From a virus (Duplodnaviria; Caudoviricetes), in IMG/VR virus record IMGVR_UViG_3300047160_002455, positions 13,048 through 77,047 of that record: a stretch of DNA of 64,000 nt; one strand, given 5' to 3'. Each line of letters starts with the position of its first letter. Position 1 is the first letter of the stretch. Under the pieces are notes generated by a model. It worked only from the letters and a program-made list of their open reading frames with translations, was not told the DNA's origin and made no database searches. The position numbers and the translations under genes were made by a program. Below are positions 1-9,396 of this stretch, in pieces.

Positions 1-2
1 CT

Positions 3-275
3 GACCGCCTCCAGGGTCGCTTGGCAACAGACGCTTACGTGGCGAACACGCGCGGGTTTCTGTACTGCTGGTTGCCTGGTGACGAAGTCAACTTCCTAGC
101 TGGTGAAGGTGCCGGTACGTCCAACACCTTCAACATCGGTGACCGCTTCATTGTGGACGCCGAAAACGGCATTCTCGTGCCGGACACTGGCTCTCCACAG
201 GAGTGTGTCGCTATCGCTATGGAGAAGCTAACGCAGCAAGTAGGCTCCGTCCTTGTATGGTGCATGGCAACGTAA
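3..275 (+). CDS. 5'-truncated putative head decoration protein
   Basis: Frame is open from the window edge (DRLQGRLATDAYVANTRG...). Lies directly upstream of the major capsid gene. Confidence 0.5.
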   Translation, partial: DRLQGRLATDAYVANTRGFLYCWLPGDEVNFLAGEGAGTSNTFNIGDRFIVDAENGILVPDTGSPQECVAIAMEKLTQQVGSVLVWCMAT

Positions 276-335
276 ACCATCATCCTCTGGCGTTCCAAGA
301 GTTTCGAGAGAAGAGACAACGGAGGATGAACTGAG

Positions 336-1532
336 ATGTTCACTGACTTCATTCTGAACGGGCAAGCCCACGGTTCCGTGGGCGAGCACCTGGCAGGTTG
401 CCGCTTCGACCCCGGTTTGCTGCGCCCGTACATCGACCGCTCCAATCAGCGCTGCGTCACGATCAATTCGGGACGCACGGATTCCAGCGGGAAACCCATT
501 TACGAGAAGCGACTGGTCGCAGAGATGATTAACAACGGTGTGAGTTCACCGGTGTTCAATGCTACGTCGCTGCGCAAGGAAGAGTGGATCGAACTCGATA
601 AGGTCGTCATTCGTGAAGCTCGTTTCCGGCTCCGCGCTTGGGCAGACCTTGCTGCCGCCAATACGTTTGGTGGTTTCAACGGTATGTCCAAGACGATCCT
701 CGAATACGAGTCCATGAGTGACCCCGGTGAGGCAATCGTAGACATGGATGGTCTTTCGGAAGGTCGTACTGACCGCCCGAAGTTCCAGCTTGAAGGTTTG
801 CCTCTGCCGATCACCCACTCGGACTTCTATTTCAGCGCGCGCCAGCTGGCGGCATCGCGTAACAGTGGTACCCCGCTGGATACGACGATGGCAGAAGCGG
901 CTGGGCGTCGTGTGGCTGAATCCATCGAGAAGGTTCTCATCGGTGTTGACACCGGTGTTACCTACGGTGGGCAGAACACGGCAACCTCCTACGGACGCAC
1001 CGCGCAGGTCTACGGTTACCTGAACTTCCCGCAGCGCTTGACCAAGCACAACCTCAACACCCCGACAGGCAACAATGCCTCGTCTACGTTGTCGGACGTG
1101 CTGGCAATGCGCAACCAGTTGTACAACAACAAATTTTACGGTCCCTTCATGCTTTACCACTCGAATGATTGGGACACGTTCCTTGATAATGACTATATCC
1201 TCACGGGCGGTAACGTAGCGACCCAGACGCTGCGCGAACGTCTGAAGTCGATTGACGGGATCATCGACGTGCGCCGTCTCGACTTCTTGACCTCGACCAT
1301 CCCCGTCTCGACGGATGCAGCGCAGATCCTAACCGCTAACCCATTCACCCTCATCATGGTCCAGATGACCAGCGATGTGTGCCGCGCTATCAATGGTATG
1401 GACATCACGACGGTGCAGTGGGAATCGGTCGGTGGGATGCGTCTGAACTTCAAAGTCATGGCAATCCAGGTGCCACAGATTCGCGCTACGTTCGCTGGCA
1501 ACAGCGGACTCCTGGTCGGGACCACCACGTAA
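336..1532 (+). CDS. major capsid protein (HK97 fold, Linocin M18/encapsulin-like)
   Basis: 398 aa. LRKEEWIELDKVVIREAR...LPLPITHSDFYFSARQLAASR...AAGRRVAESIEK pattern. GGAGG SD at 321-325. Confidence 0.85.
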   Translation: MFTDFILNGQAHGSVGEHLAGCRFDPGLLRPYIDRSNQRCVTINSGRTDSSGKPIYEKRLVAEMINNGVSSPVFNATSLRKEEWIELDKVVIREARFRLRAWADLAAANTFGGFNGMSKTILEYESMSDPGEAIVDMDGLSEGRTDRPKFQLEGLPLPITHSDFYFSARQLAASRNSGTPLDTTMAEAAGRRVAESIEKVLIGVDTGVTYGGQNTATSYGRTAQVYGYLNFPQRLTKHNLNTPTGNNASSTLSDVLAMRNQLYNNKFYGPFMLYHSNDWDTFLDNDYILTGGNVATQTLRERLKSIDGIIDVRRLDFLTSTIPVSTDAAQILTANPFTLIMVQMTSDVCRAINGMDITTVQWESVGGMRLNFKVMAIQVPQIRATFAGNSGLLVGTTT

Positions 1533-1556
1533 TCCAACGGACTGGCTCGCGGACGT

Positions 1557-1612
1557 AGGGAACCGTGCTCAGTGCCGGACACTGGGCATGGTACGCCCTT
1601 TGACATCTTTTA
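1557..1612 (+). terminator. hairpin plus U-rich tract after capsid gene
   Basis: 13-bp stem ACCGTGCTCAGTG/CACTGGGCATGGT (1562-1592) followed by CTTTGACATCTTTT. Confidence 0.5.
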
Positions 1613-1629
1613 CTTCTCTGGAGCAACTT

Positions 1630-2118
1630 ATGGGAGAGACTCTCTACTACTGGAAGTGCCTGAGCGGGCAGACGGTCGATGATGACCCGGACCCGACGCA
1701 CACCATTCCGGACCCCACCGATCCCACAGGGCAGCGGCGCAAGCCAGCGGATAAGACTTATTACGCTGGTGACATCATCGGTCCGACCCCCAAGTATTAC
1801 GGGATGTGGAACCGGAATGGTCTTACTCCGCGCTACGAGTTGGTTAATAAGGTGGAAGCTGCCCCCACTGTCGATGCTGCTGTGGCACCTCCACCGGCAC
1901 CGCCGAAGACGACGCCCAAGGCAGCACCGCCACCAACACCGGTGAAACCCGCTTGGAGCAAACCCGCGCCCAAGCAGACAAGCAAACCCTCCTTTGACAA
2001 CGTGCCCCTAGAGCAGATGTCAATGGAGCAGCTGAAACGGTTAGCGGAGGATGAAGAGATCGACCTGAAGGACGCTAAAGACAAGGAGGAGATCATCAAA
2101 ATCTTTCGAGGCAAGTAA
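1630..2118 (+). CDS. Pro-rich hypothetical protein with C-terminal Rho-N/HeH-like helical domain
   Basis: Start moved to ATG after GGAG SD. C-terminus MSMEQLKRLAEDEEIDLKDAKDKEEIIKI. Confidence 0.65.
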   Translation: MGETLYYWKCLSGQTVDDDPDPTHTIPDPTDPTGQRRKPADKTYYAGDIIGPTPKYYGMWNRNGLTPRYELVNKVEAAPTVDAAVAPPPAPPKTTPKAAPPPTPVKPAWSKPAPKQTSKPSFDNVPLEQMSMEQLKRLAEDEEIDLKDAKDKEEIIKIFRGK

Positions 2119-2592
2119 ATGCTTCACCTTGTAGCTTTCCTCCTATTGTGGGCTGGTCTCCCTAATTCCGTGGTGTCCCTCCTCACAGCAGGGGACCAGC
2201 CCACCTTGCGCTGTTCTGTGTGTTCTTGTGTCAGCTGCGCTTGCGACCCGTGCTTGTGTGGTGTGTGCAATGTGGAGGATGAGGATGAAGTCGTTGCTGT
2301 TGGGGATACAGTCGAGCAAACCTGTTGGGTGCCCTACGGCAACAACAACTGCTGCCTCGTCTGCAACTGTGGCGGCAATCTACAGTTTCTGGAGGAACCC
2401 ATCGTTATTGAGGAGCGCGGCAGGGGCACACGCGACCACCGGGTCAGACTGCGCTTCCGTTTTCGCGCGCGCGAGATAGGTAGAGCGCACATCGACGTAC
2501 ACCATTTCAGGGACTTCAACAAACGACCGGAACGCATCATCCACAAGAACGTCCGCGTCCGGAGTAGGACTCCCTCCATGCGGCGCAGATAA
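2119..2592 (+). CDS. Cys-rich secreted hypothetical protein
   Basis: Hydrophobic N-terminus. CSVCSCVSCACDPCLCGVC and CCLVCNC clusters. Abuts the upstream stop. Confidence 0.55.
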   Translation: MLHLVAFLLLWAGLPNSVVSLLTAGDQPTLRCSVCSCVSCACDPCLCGVCNVEDEDEVVAVGDTVEQTCWVPYGNNNCCLVCNCGGNLQFLEEPIVIEERGRGTRDHRVRLRFRFRAREIGRAHIDVHHFRDFNKRPERIIHKNVRVRSRTPSMRRR

Positions 2593-2602
2593 GGGGGTCA
2601 AC

Positions 2603-3550
2603 ATGGCAAAGAGTCTCGCTATCGCTCCCGCAGTGGGCAGCGACTGGTTGCGCTTGTTCGACAGTCCCGACCAGTGGAAGAACTGCCGCTCGCAGCTGAG
2701 TATGCTGCAGGTCTCGTATCAATCGCTTTGGAACGAAGCATCAGTACCGTGGTTCAACGATAACATCTGGCCCAATGTTCAAGCGGCAGGTGTAGTGGAT
2801 AAGTGCCAAAAATGGAGTATCGACTTCGGATTTTATATGGGGGTGTGGAAGCCTCAGTATCTCACATCGGCGCAACTCGCTGTCGTCCATGCGCGGCAGT
2901 GTTGCGATAACCTGTTCAACGCGGGCGCATTCAGCACAATCATCGACCTGGACGAACCTTTCTACGATGCCAAGTTCTTAGGGGTCACCGATCTAGCGAC
3001 CGCCGCTGGGCGCGTCGCTGACTTCTATGGGGATCTCAAGACCATCTACGGTGACCGGGTTGGTGTCGCGCTGACGGAACCGTACCCACCGCCCGCGCTT
3101 ACTTGTGACGAAATCATCGACTCGATGGCACACCTCATGGGTTTGGGGGTGACCCTGGAATGGTTCGACATTGACGTGAACCATGTCTGGGTCAACCAGA
3201 ATCCCGTCAGGCTGGCGCAGATGGAAGTGGACCTGCCCCGCCTGGCGGACTGGTTGAAAGCAGCGGACATCCCGTTTGGGATTATATTCTGGCCCGGCTT
3301 GGAAAAGCGGACCACGAATCAGATGTATTGCGAAGGGGTGCTGCCGTGGGTCGATCAAGTTGCCGCTATGACAGGACTGGAGACACCGGGGCGGTTGGTC
3401 AGCGAAAGCTGGATATTCACGGATGAGAACAGGACACAGAAAGCGCTTCCGACGAATCTGCCGGAAAGCGAACGCTACACACATACGTGGCTTATCCGAG
3501 AGATCGCTGAACGGTTTGGTTGGGGTCAGTCTACTTTGAGGGGGGCATAA
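2603..3550 (+). CDS. hypothetical protein (possibly TIM-barrel glycoside hydrolase-like)
   Basis: 315-aa ORF with GGGGG SD. Aromatic/acidic alpha-beta pattern (IIDLDEP, WFDID, VSESW). Fold assignment is only a guess. Confidence 0.6.
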   Translation: MAKSLAIAPAVGSDWLRLFDSPDQWKNCRSQLSMLQVSYQSLWNEASVPWFNDNIWPNVQAAGVVDKCQKWSIDFGFYMGVWKPQYLTSAQLAVVHARQCCDNLFNAGAFSTIIDLDEPFYDAKFLGVTDLATAAGRVADFYGDLKTIYGDRVGVALTEPYPPPALTCDEIIDSMAHLMGLGVTLEWFDIDVNHVWVNQNPVRLAQMEVDLPRLADWLKAADIPFGIIFWPGLEKRTTNQMYCEGVLPWVDQVAAMTGLETPGRLVSESWIFTDENRTQKALPTNLPESERYTHTWLIREIAERFGWGQSTLRGA

Positions 3551-3552
3551 CC

Positions 3553-3696
3553 ATGAACGTAGAAGTAACCGTCGTATCGTTTCTCGGATGGATCGTTGCC
3601 GGTGCTGGGTTCCGCGTGGGATGGGGAATCATCGGCATCCTGATTGACCTACTCTCTAGCGCAGTAGGTCGCACGGGGAAGATTCCTCGTGAGTAG
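3553..3696 (+). CDS. small membrane protein (47 aa, not in ORF track)
   Basis: MNVEVTVVSFLGWIVAGAGFRVGWGIIGILIDLLSSAVGRTGKIPRE, translated by hand. Starts 2 nt after the upstream stop. Confidence 0.55.
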   Translation: MNVEVTVVSFLGWIVAGAGFRVGWGIIGILIDLLSSAVGRTGKIPRE

Positions 3697-3903
3697 CTGT
3701 AACAACAGACTGCAGTACCCGATTGTGGCGCACGGCAACCGCCGCCCTAGCGATGCGGAGCGTGCCCACAAAGGGTACAAGCAGCGCAGACATGAAATGA
3801 ACTGGCATAACCGCGAGCGGTCGAGTGACGATCAAATCGACGCTTACCTGAGACGCAAGCTGCTCAAGCAGCACGCAGCACAGAAGCCATCGGTGGTGGA
3901 GGG

Positions 3904-4665
3904 TTGATATGTATGACCTTCAGCCTAGAGACCGCGATCTATACGGCAGCGCTGTGCCGCGTCGCGGCGGACGGGGATCAAGACGGGTTTGCGGACCTGT
4001 TTGAGAAGTACACGATCAACAGCCGGTCGGCTGGACAGATGTGGGCTGTAACGGGAACGATTGCCAACACCGAAAGTCTATCCGGCGTGCAAGCCGTAAT
4101 CTTTCGCGGGACGGCAACGCTTGGTGATTGGTTGGATGATGAGGAGTCCGCGCTTGCCTACTTCCCGGAATTTGACGGCAAGGTGCATACCGGGTTCTAC
4201 CGCTGTTTCGACGAAGTGCGGGACTGGTTGCAAAGTAGGTTGCTGAAAACCAAGCTGGTGCTCATAACCGGGCACAGTTTGGGCGGCGCGATGGTGACCT
4301 TGGCAGCGCAGTGGTTATGGAGTCGCGACTATATGGTGCTGCCGACGTACACGTTCGGCAGTCCTAAAGTCGGCAATGAGACCTTCACCACTAACTACGC
4401 TCCAGCGCAGTACCGCGTGGTCAACGATGTGGATATTGTGACCTACCTACCGCGCATCAGTGGTTACTGCCATGTAGGTGAGGAATACCACCTGCCTTAT
4501 AGCACCGTGGGACTGGGGCGGCGGTTAGGGTTGATGGCATCGCATCTGTGGTATGGACCGGGCAAGCTGTTTGTGGACAGCGTCAAGTGCCATCCGATTA
4601 GCGCGTACATGGAAGCGCTCAAACGTGAATGGGAAGCGGATCATGCTGAAACTGGAACCGCTTGA
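3904..4665 (+). CDS. class 3 lipase (alpha/beta hydrolase)
   Basis: FRGT, GKVHTGF, TGHSLGG nucleophile elbow, YTFGSPKVG, RVVNDVDIVTYLP, HVG and C-terminal H...Y. Confidence 0.9.
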   Translation: MICMTFSLETAIYTAALCRVAADGDQDGFADLFEKYTINSRSAGQMWAVTGTIANTESLSGVQAVIFRGTATLGDWLDDEESALAYFPEFDGKVHTGFYRCFDEVRDWLQSRLLKTKLVLITGHSLGGAMVTLAAQWLWSRDYMVLPTYTFGSPKVGNETFTTNYAPAQYRVVNDVDIVTYLPRISGYCHVGEEYHLPYSTVGLGRRLGLMASHLWYGPGKLFVDSVKCHPISAYMEALKREWEADHAETGTA

Positions 4666-5269
4666 AGAGCGCAACCTTCTGAGCACCTACGTCCCGTCAG
4701 TGCAGACGGTCGGAGGGGCGGTGCTGCAGCCCAGTGGCGTGCTGCAGCTTATTCCGCAAGATGCTTTCCCGGTTTATTACATGATCGAACCGGGTGAGGT
4801 CTACTACCGCGATACGTACATCCTCACACACCCCGCGCTATTCCCCGATCATTGGGCGCATACGGACTTTAATCAGGCGCAGGTGCGGGGCATCGTCTAT
4901 ATCGGCAACGGAGTACAAACGAATTACAGCAACTGGACTACCATCCCTGACCTGGACATCGTCGTTTCCAGCGGCAGCTTTGTATTGGGCGGCATCGGCA
5001 GCTACAGCAACTTGGTGCTCACGGACGGTTACCCAACGGCGCGGGTACCATCGGGCGGTGGGGATTTGATCGGACGCGCCACCTACAACGATCTGACCGC
5101 TGGACCGGGGCAGAACATTGCCGTGGGCAGCTGGAATCCTCACTCCATCATGGTCTACAACATTTTCCACGGCACCACGATCTACGACGATAACGCACCG
5201 GAGACGATTAACTACTTGGATGCCGCCTTTGCCCAATTGGCGCAGGAGGGCAAACCGTGGATGGCATGA
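4643..5269 (+). CDS. LEPR-XLL / planctomycete-extracellular-leader protein
   Basis: Begins MLKLEPLEERNLLS and ends ...YLDAAFAQLA, both typical of planctomycete secreted proteins. Confidence 0.7.
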   Translation: MLKLEPLEERNLLSTYVPSVQTVGGAVLQPSGVLQLIPQDAFPVYYMIEPGEVYYRDTYILTHPALFPDHWAHTDFNQAQVRGIVYIGNGVQTNYSNWTTIPDLDIVVSSGSFVLGGIGSYSNLVLTDGYPTARVPSGGGDLIGRATYNDLTAGPGQNIAVGSWNPHSIMVYNIFHGTTIYDDNAPETINYLDAAFAQLAQEGKPWMA

Positions 5270-5352
5270 TGGTGTTCATCCTGCTTGGTATCCCGTTGCT
5301 AGTTCTGGCGGTGATATTCATTGCTGAATATTTCCTGACCAAACGTGATTGA
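5266..5352 (+). CDS. 28-aa single-pass membrane microprotein
   Basis: MMVFILLGIPLLVLAVIFIAEYFLTKRD. ATGA overlap with the upstream stop. Confidence 0.5.
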   Translation: MMVFILLGIPLLVLAVIFIAEYFLTKRD

Positions 5353-5896
5353 GACAACCTGGACCCGATGGCTGACCGCTTTATGGTTGCTGACTTTGCC
5401 GGTGGATTCGGAGAAGCTGCCCGCGCCGAACTTATTCACGGAGGTGCAGAATGCTGCGGTTCAGCTGCAGCTAATGGATTGGCACCAGCGCAGCATGATA
5501 CTGTACCGCTTCGGGGACGTTGTCGGTGACATGCGTTTGTTGCGCGTGTATTACCGAGACCTACGTGGCGCGCCATTGGTGCAGGACGCAGACGAGTTTC
5601 CCGACTGTAAACAGACCGATGAAGCGCTGAACTTCAATCGGAACTTTCGGACATGGTTGACACGTAGACGGGACATGGACCTGACGCGCTACGACTATTA
5701 CAAGGAGATCATCAAGGAGACTGACAGGCTGTACGACTTTTGGGACACGCTGCGGGATGCCAACCGCGAATACTACTATGTCGGCACCCGTCGTAGCGCG
5801 CTGAAAAGGTTGCGAGGTTTGCTTGGAGACGAATGCTACTACCGAAGAGAAATGCCGCCCCCTGCACCGTACTGGAGATTCCAACGGATCGACTGA
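5345..5896 (+). CDS. conserved hypothetical protein (Gemmataceae-like)
   Basis: Signal-like N-terminus. ETDRLYDFWDTLRDA...YYYVGTRRSALKRLR...PPPAPYWRF resembles a family I recall from Gemmata relatives. Confidence 0.7.
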   Translation: MIETTWTRWLTALWLLTLPVDSEKLPAPNLFTEVQNAAVQLQLMDWHQRSMILYRFGDVVGDMRLLRVYYRDLRGAPLVQDADEFPDCKQTDEALNFNRNFRTWLTRRRDMDLTRYDYYKEIIKETDRLYDFWDTLRDANREYYYVGTRRSALKRLRGLLGDECYYRREMPPPAPYWRFQRID

Positions 5897-5897
5897 A

Positions 5898-6074
5898 GTG
5901 GTCAGACCGCGCTTTTGGGTGTTCAAGGGTTTGGACGTTGCGATTGCTCTTGTAGTGTTCGGATTCATCCACGTATATTGTTCTGTGGATGCGTTTACAA
6001 GCGCGCTTCTGACCTTCGCTGTCTTGCTGCTCTGTTGGGCACTGGAACTTGTCTACGAGGGTCTAGGACCATGA
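5898..6074 (+). CDS. small two-TM membrane protein
   Basis: GTG start 1 nt after the upstream stop. Two hydrophobic stretches. Confidence 0.5.
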   Translation: MVRPRFWVFKGLDVAIALVVFGFIHVYCSVDAFTSALLTFAVLLLCWALELVYEGLGP

Positions 6075-6331
6075 CCATGCGAGTCAGGGAAGTGAAGGGA
6101 ATCTCCAGCACCGTGCAGATGCTGGACAGCGACCATGAACTCTACATCCTTGAGTTCCAGGTCGGCACGGAAAAGGTTGGCATTCCCCTATCGCTCCACT
6201 GTGAACAGAAGCCCAGCGAAGAATGGGTCCGCAAATCGGAAGGGTGGCTCGATTGCTTGGTGCATTTGGCAAACAAGGGTCTTGAGGTGGTAGCCCCATC
6301 CCAAAACCCGTTTTACAAGATTCGCTCATGA
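6071..6331 (+). CDS. hypothetical protein
   Basis: MTMRVREVKG... ATGA overlaps on both ends. Confidence 0.55.
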   Translation: MTMRVREVKGISSTVQMLDSDHELYILEFQVGTEKVGIPLSLHCEQKPSEEWVRKSEGWLDCLVHLANKGLEVVAPSQNPFYKIRS

Positions 6332-6723
6332 ACACGATTGTACTTTGCGCTGCCTTAACTCTGGGGATGCTTCATCCCGCGCAGTGACACGGCGGCGGTT
6401 GCGCCCCCAGTTTCGGGGGCGGCGGTGGGTTTGGCGGTGGGGGTGGGTTTGGCATCGGCATCGGCGCGGGTCCGCAGTTCGGGGGCGGCTACGCTGCTCC
6501 GCAGTTTGGTGGTGGTTACTACGATGGAGGGAGCATCCCGTATTTCCCCCCTCCGGTGCAACAGTGTTACCCGCGCTGGGTGCAGATCAACACGTACTGT
6601 TGGTACTGGATCAACGGCAATGATTTGATCGCTGCCTACTATCCGGGTCTCGACGCTTACTACCAATACGACCGATATTACCGGCGCTGGGGACCGAGAA
6701 TGGGGCATCCGTGGGGAAGATAA
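6328..6723 (+). pseudogene. secreted Gly/Tyr-rich protein with in-frame TGA at codon 20
   Basis: MNTIVLCAALTLGMLHPAQ*HGGGCAPSFGGGGGFGGG...YYRRWGPRMGHPWGR. TGA at 6385-6387. Frame stays open for 111 codons afterwards. Confidence 0.7.
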
Positions 6724-7373
6724 TCGCAGCACTAATCGCGGCACTTGTTGCCTTTGCGTTGGCAAGAGGTCAGGGACCAAAGGACGCGGTTGTCCGGATG
6801 CCCAGCCATGGCTGCAGCGCTACGGTGATTTACTCCGCGCCGGGAATGACTTACCTACTCGGATGTGGGCACGCTTACGACGCGGAGCATGGACAGAGCA
6901 TGAGGAGCAAGAGGATGACTTTCGACATTCCGACCACCGCGCAGCTAGGCGCGGGGCAGACGGCGCGTCCTCCCCAGTACCTGATTGCCAGAGACCCTCG
7001 ATGGGACTTGGCACTGGTGCGCGTCGATGCCGGTCCGTTTCCCTACGTCTGTCCAGTGGTCGGTGCCGGTTACAACCCCGTGGGGCGGAGAATCGTTTCC
7101 GTGGGGTATGACGAGATGCGTCTACCGGTGACCGTGCGCACGGCAACGGTCACGCGCCTATCCGGGGGGCAGGTGTTTACCAGGGAACCACCGTGGCACG
7201 GTCGCTCAGGGGGCAGTTTAATCGACGTGGACCTGGGATGCCTCGTGGGTGTGTGTAGCGGTTACGCGGGCAATCCAGGGATGGCAGCGCGGGAGAGTCC
7301 CTTGGGCGGACCGGGTATCTACGTCAGCCACACGGCAGTGCGCTCCTTTCTGTCCCATTATGGTTGGAGGTAG
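6711..7373 (+). CDS. secreted trypsin-like (S1) serine protease
   Basis: Signal peptide. GCSATVI, GCGHA (His), DLALVRV (Asp), HGRSGGSL (Ser). Confidence 0.85.
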   Translation: MGKIIAALIAALVAFALARGQGPKDAVVRMPSHGCSATVIYSAPGMTYLLGCGHAYDAEHGQSMRSKRMTFDIPTTAQLGAGQTARPPQYLIARDPRWDLALVRVDAGPFPYVCPVVGAGYNPVGRRIVSVGYDEMRLPVTVRTATVTRLSGGQVFTREPPWHGRSGGSLIDVDLGCLVGVCSGYAGNPGMAARESPLGGPGIYVSHTAVRSFLSHYGWR

Positions 7374-7375
7374 CA

Positions 7376-7633
7376 ATGACAGAGAACGAACTGAGCTATG
7401 CCGATCTGCAGCTGCTGCAGAGGTTGCGGCAGATGGTCGGAGAAAACAAGGATGCGGTCGAGGTGGGCGCGCCGCCACAAGAGGATATCCCGCTACACGC
7501 GCGCCACGCGCGCTACCTGCGCGAGAAGCAGAAAGAGCTAGAAGCTGAGTATGAGATGTTGGATAGGGGCGGCAACGATTCCAAGGGCACGGAATCGTGG
7601 ACCGCGCTAATGCGCGTCTTAGGTAGACGCTAA
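7376..7633 (+). CDS. hypothetical protein
   Basis: GGAGGT SD. Helical, charged 85 aa. Confidence 0.6.
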   Translation: MTENELSYADLQLLQRLRQMVGENKDAVEVGAPPQEDIPLHARHARYLREKQKELEAEYEMLDRGGNDSKGTESWTALMRVLGRR

Positions 7634-7649
7634 ACCAAAGGGGCACACC

Positions 7650-8315
7650 ATGAAGTTCTATCTGTACGCGGGTCTGCTGATTCTTGGTTTCGCTGGAGGC
7701 ATGGCAACGTGCCTATTGCAAGCGACTGCGCAGGGACAGCACAGGGACTACGACCGCTACTATCCTCCAGTGGCGGCAGTGTCTGAGAGTCGGCAACGCG
7801 ATTGTCCATGTGGGCAGAGTTGCTTGTGCGCAAACTGCCAGTGTCTTAGCAAGTCAACCAAAGCGAACTACGTGCCCGCGCCGGGTGTGACGGCACTGCG
7901 CACGGCAAGCGGCATCGTTGTTAGTGTTCCTCCTGATTCGTTTCCCTTAACCATTGTTATTGGACCACCATCAACCTTAGTTGGAGTACAACCAATGGCA
8001 CCACAGCCAGGACAACTACCAAGCGGTCCGCCACCGGGACAGCCAGGTCAACTACCTAGCACTCCCCCACCGGCGCAGCCTGGGCAGCTACCTAGTGGTC
8101 CTCCAGGGGAGCCGACGCAACCGATTGCGCCTCCTCCGGGTGGGACACCAGAGCATCCGATTGCACCTACTCCTCCGGGATCACCGTCGCAGCCGATTGC
8201 GCCGCCCCCACAACCAGGACAACTACCGAGTGGTCCTCCAACGCCCGCGCCGAAGCAGGGGATGGCACCGCCCGTGCGCTGGGCACCGGATATGGGTTAC
8301 CAACGCAAGTATTAA
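7650..8315 (+). CDS. secreted Pro-rich repeat protein
   Basis: Signal peptide, CPCGQSCLCANCQC cluster, four PGQLPS repeats and PIAP repeats. Confidence 0.7.
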   Translation: MKFYLYAGLLILGFAGGMATCLLQATAQGQHRDYDRYYPPVAAVSESRQRDCPCGQSCLCANCQCLSKSTKANYVPAPGVTALRTASGIVVSVPPDSFPLTIVIGPPSTLVGVQPMAPQPGQLPSGPPPGQPGQLPSTPPPAQPGQLPSGPPGEPTQPIAPPPGGTPEHPIAPTPPGSPSQPIAPPPQPGQLPSGPPTPAPKQGMAPPVRWAPDMGYQRKY

Positions 8316-8329
8316 GTGAGGTGAACCAA

Positions 8330-9088
8330 ATGAGAATGATTTTGTGTGCAAGTCTATTGCTAGCGCTGCCTATGCCCGCGTTAGCGGACACACCGACATG
8401 CGGTTTGTTCGGTGGCTGGCGCGATAGGATCGAGTTCCGACTGGATCGACAGGACCGCCGCATCGACCGCCTGGAGGACCGCTTCGGATGGGGCGGACCG
8501 GGTATCAACTTCGGTGGAGGCTATGGTGGTCCGGGTATCGGGTTCGGTGGAGGAGGACCACCGCTCATCAACCAGCCGATTATCGAGAACCCGATTACCA
8601 ATCCGGGACCGTCGCAGCCGATCTTTCAACCGCCTGCGTTTCCGTCGCAGCCGATTTATCAGCCACCGGTCGCACCAGTGCAGCCGATCTATCAGCCACC
8701 GGTACCGATCCAGCTACCAGCGCAGCCGATCTATGAGCAACCAGTCGCGCCGGTGCAGCCGATCTACACACCACCGGTCGGTGTGCAGCCTATATGGGCA
8801 CCACCTGCTATCCCCCAGTGGCAGGGATTCTCCCCGTTTGTTCCTCCGGGGATAGGTGCCCAACCCTTTAGCCTGGATTTGTCTCTCAGGAACAACCAAG
8901 GATGGGGCGGATGGGGCGGCAGGATGTGGGAGGATACGCGCCGGGCACCTCCAGCGCGCCCAGCCGGTGGGACAATGCCACCAGCGCCGGGTGCAAGACT
9001 GTCTCCACCTGTAGCGCTGCAAGCCGCTGGAGGTCGCTACGGCGCGCCGCCCAACGGGTACATGCGCCTAACCAACCAGTGGAGATGA
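8330..9088 (+). CDS. secreted Gly/Pro-rich repeat protein
   Basis: GAGGT SD, signal peptide, GGPGI repeats and about six QPI(F/Y)xPP-type repeats. Confidence 0.7.
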   Translation: MRMILCASLLLALPMPALADTPTCGLFGGWRDRIEFRLDRQDRRIDRLEDRFGWGGPGINFGGGYGGPGIGFGGGGPPLINQPIIENPITNPGPSQPIFQPPAFPSQPIYQPPVAPVQPIYQPPVPIQLPAQPIYEQPVAPVQPIYTPPVGVQPIWAPPAIPQWQGFSPFVPPGIGAQPFSLDLSLRNNQGWGGWGGRMWEDTRRAPPARPAGGTMPPAPGARLSPPVALQAAGGRYGAPPNGYMRLTNQWR

Positions 9089-9396
9089 TACGAGCGCTGC
9101 TGTGGCTCTTTATTGTTGCCGTAGCGGTCTTGGACACCGGGTTTTCATGGAGGCACGCAAAGGAATGTTACGAGATGCCGTATGAGATATCGCTGGAGGA
9201 CAACCCGGTGCCGCGCTGGGCATTTGCACTGGCAGGGATGCCGGGGGTGACCCTCTACCGCTGGGCATGGTTGGGGTTCGCTTGGGTCATGAGCACTGCC
9301 AAGGTTCGGCAAGCGAAATACGTTCTTCCCGTTTGGACCGTAGGACATGGTCTGTTACTGGTGTTGCTAGTTTGGACAGTCATGATGCTGCGATGA
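9085..9396 (+). CDS. multi-pass membrane protein (DUF5658-like)
   Basis: Three hydrophobic segments, D-T and EDNP motifs. Confidence 0.55.
   Translation: MIRALLWLFIVAVAVLDTGFSWRHAKECYEMPYEISLEDNPVPRWAFALAGMPGVTLYRWAWLGFAWVMSTAKVRQAKYVLPVWTVGHGLLLVLLVWTVMMLR

Noticed and set aside
336-1532. Encapsulin nanocompartment operon
   Set aside because: The Linocin-like fold sits in a full head-neck-tail gene order, so it is a phage capsid. No cargo gene.
6385-6387. Selenocysteine or genome-wide TGA recoding
   Set aside because: TGA terminates many genes here (ATGA overlaps), there is no obvious SECIS-like stem or redox motif, and only one case was seen.
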